From Haliotis cracherodii (Eukaryota): DNA of 64,000 bases. Each line of letters starts with the position of its first letter. Position 1 is the stretch's first letter. The notes under the pieces were generated by a model, which saw only the letters and a program-made list of their open reading frames with translations, did not search any database and was not told the origin of the DNA. Position numbers and translations under genes: made by a program. The stretch is taken from positions 29,698,001 to 29,762,000 of the forward strand of contig NW_027266275.1 of assembly GCF_022045235.1 (NCBI RefSeq), read 5' to 3'. This document shows positions 48,774 to 64,000 of this stretch, piece after piece.

Positions 48774-50017
48774 TGGAAAAGTCCTGAAGATGGCCTTTCC
48801 AGAATAACTGTTTCACTGTATTGAATTCTTTCAAGGTCTGGTTAGATCTTGTTAACATCCTTTATTGGATATACTGCCCTAACTTTATGGCCTTGAGCCT
48901 GTTTAAAAAAACCATAACATTTATTCAAACAGTGGAGGTTTGAAAGACTTCAATGGAACTTGTAAGCGCAGCCCTCGTGCACAAGCACTGTCCAGCTTTC
49001 ACGAAAAAAAATTGTTCTGATAATCCCAAGTTAACAAAGTTTCACTGCATAATTCTAGATATTTTTTTTTACGTATTGGTTGTACGACGATACAGCCAAT
49101 GCAGACTGATGTATGGTATCGGCAAGTGTACAGGTCGATGCTGCTGTATCAGTGCCCCGTAGAGGATATATGCATGGATATATATGTCATGTAGCACATG
49201 ATAACCGTCTTGCATGGAGTAATGATTAATGATGGTAGTAATGGGTGATATACAACATGTGGGATGTAATACACATTCGTGCCGCTCGGTCAGCATAGAT
49301 TGTTCATTCACCTCAACAAATAAATAGAAACACATGCAGTCCTCTACAGTAGACACTATCATAACACAATCATAATACATGATTATCTCAAACACTTGAG
49401 TAAAGGAACCACCCATTTGACATTCTGGGGAGCCTTGAGATCTAAAACAAATTAATTTGTTCAATAATTACTGAATGAAAATAATTTTGCCTCATGAATC
49501 AGTACCTGGATATGCTGTATGCCCTAAAAGAGAATGTGTTATGGAATTAAAGGGAAGTTGTTGGCTCACCTTTTGAGAGAAAACAAACATTTGACTTACA
49601 GCAGTGACCAAAACCATTTTGTCTGTAAAACTCCCAGCCCTCACAGATCATAAAATGGTCAGTTCCTTTACTGAACAGAAGAGACTAATTACATTGATAA
49701 TTGTTGTACAATTACCGCATACATCTGCTCTGTTAGCCCTCATAGGACACTATAAGCTATGGTAAGCTATCGTAAGCTACTGTCAGCGGTGGTAAGCTAT
49801 GGTCGCAGTAGACCGGTAGAAAGGCTATCTTTGAGTGGTCCTAAAACACTTCCAGTTCTAATTATTTGTGTCCTGATTTTAGCTTTACTGAAATTCTTGT
49901 CAATGGCTGTTTAACTTATGGTCAAGGGTTCTGAACACTTTGAAAAACTATTTGATCACTGATTTTGATCCATTCTCAAGTCAAAGCTCTTACACACTAA
50001 TCTAGGTAACTCATTAT

Positions 50018-50180
50018 GTGTGATTATGGTTTAACGTCGCTTTTAGCAATATTCCTGCATTATCATGGCCGGGGACATCAGAAATATAGGTCTTCACATA
50101 TTGCACCTATGTGCGGAATGGAACCTGGGCCTTTGACATGACAAGCAAACACTTTAACCACTAATCTACCCCACCAACCC
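50018..50180 (-). mobile_element. SINE family A (diverged)
   Basis: gcttttagcaatattcc...ttcaca.attg.acc.atgt..ggaat.gaacc.ggg. Confidence 0.75.
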
Positions 50181-52739
50181 TGAATCTTTGTAACTTAATA
50201 TTCATGTACACCTGATGGTGTCTGTTCAACAATAGAGTTGGGGACACACGACCTTTAAGGCAAATACAGACCTGAAATAAGAATTGTATTGGAAAAACTC
50301 CAGCAGCTCAACATAATAATGTTTTGAGTCGATTCTAAATATGCGATACTAAATATAGCCATCCAATCAAAATTCACTTGTGAGCGTAGTGAGCGCGAGA
50401 AAATCTGCGCAAAGTTACTGATAACAGAGATGGAAATGGTGACATCACTTCCTAAATGAAGCCATGGTAATGAATGGATCAAGGGCATTAATCATAACAG
50501 TATGGATATATAATACCCTGGACAATCGAGGATGGTAACTCTGATGTAGGTGGCATGAACAGTTAGCAGAATGTGAGACAAAACAAACCCTAATGACATA
50601 AGAAGGCTTTGCCTGCTAACTCAGACCTTGATGAATCTTAAAAGAGAAAGTTAAGAATTGTATACAAAGAAAGTGTTATCCCAAACATAGCATTTGCTAA
50701 GAATTGTATAATGTGCTAGTTTTTTTTCTGCATGCATTGGCAGCGGTGTCATTTAAAGAGACAGAATTGCACCTTTAATGATAAGTACTGTTCACATTAT
50801 GCAATCCTGACAAGGTGACATCTCAAGATGTTGACAAAATGATGCATGGCTTTGAAAACCTCTTTTGGGTCTTAGCAAAATCTTATAACTGAACAAAAAT
50901 CCCAAACATCAAACATGAAGTGTTTAAAAGTATCAAAAGTGAAAATGATGTTATAGTCTAAATAGGTTTATGATTTTTTGTTAAGAAAAATTTGTATGTT
51001 GTTTTGGTTTTCTTTATATACTACTGACAAAAAATAGGGGAACATGCACTTTTTGGTTTGTTAAACGTTGGGCAACTTGGGATAGTGATGTCCCTTCCTC
51101 TTTCGAACCCACAATTTGCCATTTTATTAGTTCATGTCTCGGAGGTATTTTAAGCATGTTCTTAGCTCAACTGCTTCAGTGATGGTGAAATTTCATTGTA
51201 ATTTGTTGTTGCGTTCAGATGCAATGCCACGGTATTGTAAATGTAACTTAAACGATAAATTCAAATTATTAGTTCCCTTATTTGTTGTCGGTTGTGTAAT
51301 ACAAAACTCATAACATGAGTCAAAGACCATCTTGATACAATGAAATCCCGAACAGCATATTCACAAGTTTGATATGCAAAACAACATCTCAAAATACCAC
51401 CTAAAATAAGGTTGACAAATCCCAATGCTATGTGCTGAATGTGGTACATCTTGATTATTCCTTCACTTGAGCAAACTAGAATGTTCGAATGCATGTTCAA
51501 TGTTTAAAAAAAACAACTCATGAATGTACTCTCATGAAATTAATGCATTTTTTTTCATGAATATGTGAAACACTGACAACATATATATTTGTGAAACTAA
51601 AGCTAGTACATGGCTTTGCCATGCTTTGCAGTGTGAGAGAGGAAGTGGCCACCAAGTGCATAAAATATTACACTGATATTAGTACTGGGTAAATATAAAA
51701 CGTCAAAGCCAGAGAATAACCAGTCTTGATTATCCGAAACAGATTCTATTGGGCGTAACAGAACAAACTAAACAAGTCTCCCTCTCAAAGAACCTAACTA
51801 ACAGGCTGCCCTTCAGAAATTGTCAAATGCACAGAAACAAGTTTGATAAACATCCACATAAAGATGATCAAGGTCATAGTGAATATAGATACAGCTTATT
51901 GAAAACAATATAACATTTTCCTCTAATCATTTGTTAATAAAACATAAACAAAAACAAAATAAATAAAACAAAATTAACATATTACACTATCCATTTTTCA
52001 AATATTAACAACTTATAATTGTTTATTTTTCATGTCAATAGATCATTAATATCCTTCAATAAATAACCAATCTAATCTGTTTCATGTCTTTTAGTGTAAT
52101 TAGTTGTCTGAAAATGCAACAGGAAGTGTAGACATTCTATTATGACCTTGACCTTGCTTGTGTGGCCTCAGTTTCACTCACATGAATTTTACATGAACAC
52201 AGAGTGAGGACAGACCTGCTTGCCTGGACAGATGTGTGTCTGTTTGTGAATCACACAATGAGAAGTCTTTAGGGTATGAGTGCTTGGCTTGACTATATAC
52301 AGCAAGGTATTATGTCATTATTAACATATGAAGATGACAACACGCAGCCCCTTTGACTGAATACAATTGCATCCCATGCGAGGACATACTGAACAAAAAA
52401 AAGTCCAGGATCGTGAATTTTTATTGGGATGACTTCACTTCTGTTGTGAAGACTGAGCCAACAATTTCCTAAAAATATTTCCCCCAAAATTCACGATCCC
52501 TAACTTTGTTTGTTCATTAAAAAAATGTCTGAAAATGGAGAAACTAGAAAATTTTATGTCTGCATAGTCAATGCAACAGCACATTAACTTTTGGTAAGCC
52601 ATATCATTTCATTACCAGTCAAACAATATGTATTTTCAACTATTGTAGTGTCGGTGTAAAATATGTTAACATCATGTCCAGGCAAGCAGGACAAATGATT
52701 CATTCAATAAGATGAAGAAATGAAAACATAAGGGGCACA

Positions 52740-62396
<9,657 letters not shown>

Positions 62397-64000
62397 GTTG
62401 TCTGCTAGGCGAACCTCTCGGTGCGATGCTCTCACTATTATTAGCCGATTGTAGGGCTGGCACGGACACAGCTGGGATCTCGGTGCCGTCAGGTGCTCCC
62501 ACCCCCTCCGAAAAAATCGCTGAAGTGCGTATTTCTGTCTTTAGTATTACAAACCAATATCTTATACCTGTAATAATAATGCCCGATATCCCTCATCATT
62601 GAAAATTCGCTATCAGAAGCAAAGCTCCTGTTTGTATTTGTACATTAGTATTTTTATTTCCATAAACGAGGAGGAGCGATGTCAAATGTAACAGCCGGTT
62701 GCGATTTCTCGGTCACAGAAAGTGGGCGTGTCTCAACATGCACGGGAAGGGAAGTAACTATTAAGCACATCAGCTATTTCACAATGAATATTTCAAATGG
62801 GTTTCGAAGAGTTACACATAGAATCTACATCTATAAAACTAGATCAACTTAATGACATGTAGTTTTTTTGTCAGCGTACACCTTTACAAACTAAAACTTA
62901 TAAGAGGATACCGAGGAGCAGTAACGGTTTAATAAAAAATATATATAACAAATATTTTGTTTGACAGAGAAGAGTCAATGATTTTGGTTACTTTTCCCAA
63001 GGTGACAATAAATAGACAATTTCCTTGGTATTTTTAAACTAGAAACCATCTCAGTGTAAAAAAATCGCAATGCTGGTTGCCTGCTTGCACTTAAGTTTGG
63101 ATTAACAAATAACAGGTTATGGTGATTTCAAAACAATGTTATCCGAACCGAGCAAAACTATTTGATGTACATATATATTTTGGCAATAGGACAATGGCTC
63201 TAATTGTAAACACTACCGACAATATTCATTGTACATATAAGTATAGTATTACGTAAACATTGTAGTTTTTGTTTCTAAAAAATGGTATTTGTATACATGT
63301 CTGGTTCTCAATTTGAAAGTTTTAAAAAAACGCACGCACACGCGCGCGCGGACCCCGAGAAGGTGTGTTAAGATTCGGTAGGCAGTGCAGGGGTGCGCCC
63401 TCCATTTTTCTAACACACTCAACATTTAGACATTTTAAAGGTGATGAAGTATTAAACTGCCTATTTAAAAAGCCCAGGTCCAAGTCTACTATAGAGGAAT
63501 GAAAAGTATTTTTTAAAGCAAAATCACAAAAATGACCCCCTCCTTTGAAAAAAACCCCACACGTATCTACGCTATATGAACACGACTACACATTGATACG
63601 TTATGTTTTAACGAATTCACAGTTTTATATATATGTTTCATTCACTAATTATATACGTATCCATGGCAACCGGTCTAGGACTCTACGAATGTGCTATCAG
63701 ACACCGAGCGTGACTGTCGCGCATGGATAACAACGAGCATGGATAACATGCTTGTGACGTTGGTTGTTATTACTTTAAAGTATCCGTGTATGGGTCATTT
63801 TCAAAATTGGTCCTTTTATGGTGAGTTGAGTAATTCCCACAAAACGACCATTTGGTGTCTAATTCGAAAAAAATATTTGATCACTTTATACATTCATATA
63901 AAAGTAGTACACGATTGAATCACCTTTTACATAATTTAATCATATTAAAAGTTGTTCAAATAATTCCAGATACAGTAAATTGTCTTGTCAGGGAACTGTG

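Noticed and set aside
52680-52739. Replication-dependent histone 3' stem-loop
   Set aside because: Not present; the gene has introns and downstream AATAAA signals, as expected for a variant histone.

Overview
AT-rich eukaryotic (animal) genomic DNA. The SINE, Helentron-derivative and MITE content suggests a mollusc, possibly a gastropod, but that is inference. Four intron-containing genes can be assembled by hand with GT-AG sites and consistent phases: (1) an hnRNP A/B/D (squid-like) two-RRM gene, + strand 4923-14830; (2) RNF181 RING-H2 ligase, - strand 30014-21709; (3) BLOC1S2, + strand 30352-40786, head-to-head with RNF181 across 337 bp; (4) macroH2A, - strand 62396-52740. The standout is macroH2A, which carries two intact, diverged 175-nt copies of one macrodomain exon (55276-55450 and 54612-54786). 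Their phases allow only one per full-length mRNA, so they look like a mutually exclusive pair. This is a different exon from the one vertebrates alternate to make macroH2A1.1/1.2, and it builds part of the ADP-ribose pocket. The upstream donor has been amplified into a ~14-copy minisatellite of exon-end plus decoy 5' splice sites. Other signals: candidate poison exons and an NLS-less C-terminus in the hnRNP gene, a long-TIR element with a RecQ-helicase remnant (AcademH-like), hairpin-forming minisatellites, and many SINEs and hAT-like MITEs with visible TSDs. All coordinates and alignments were read by eye; repeat boundaries are approximate.
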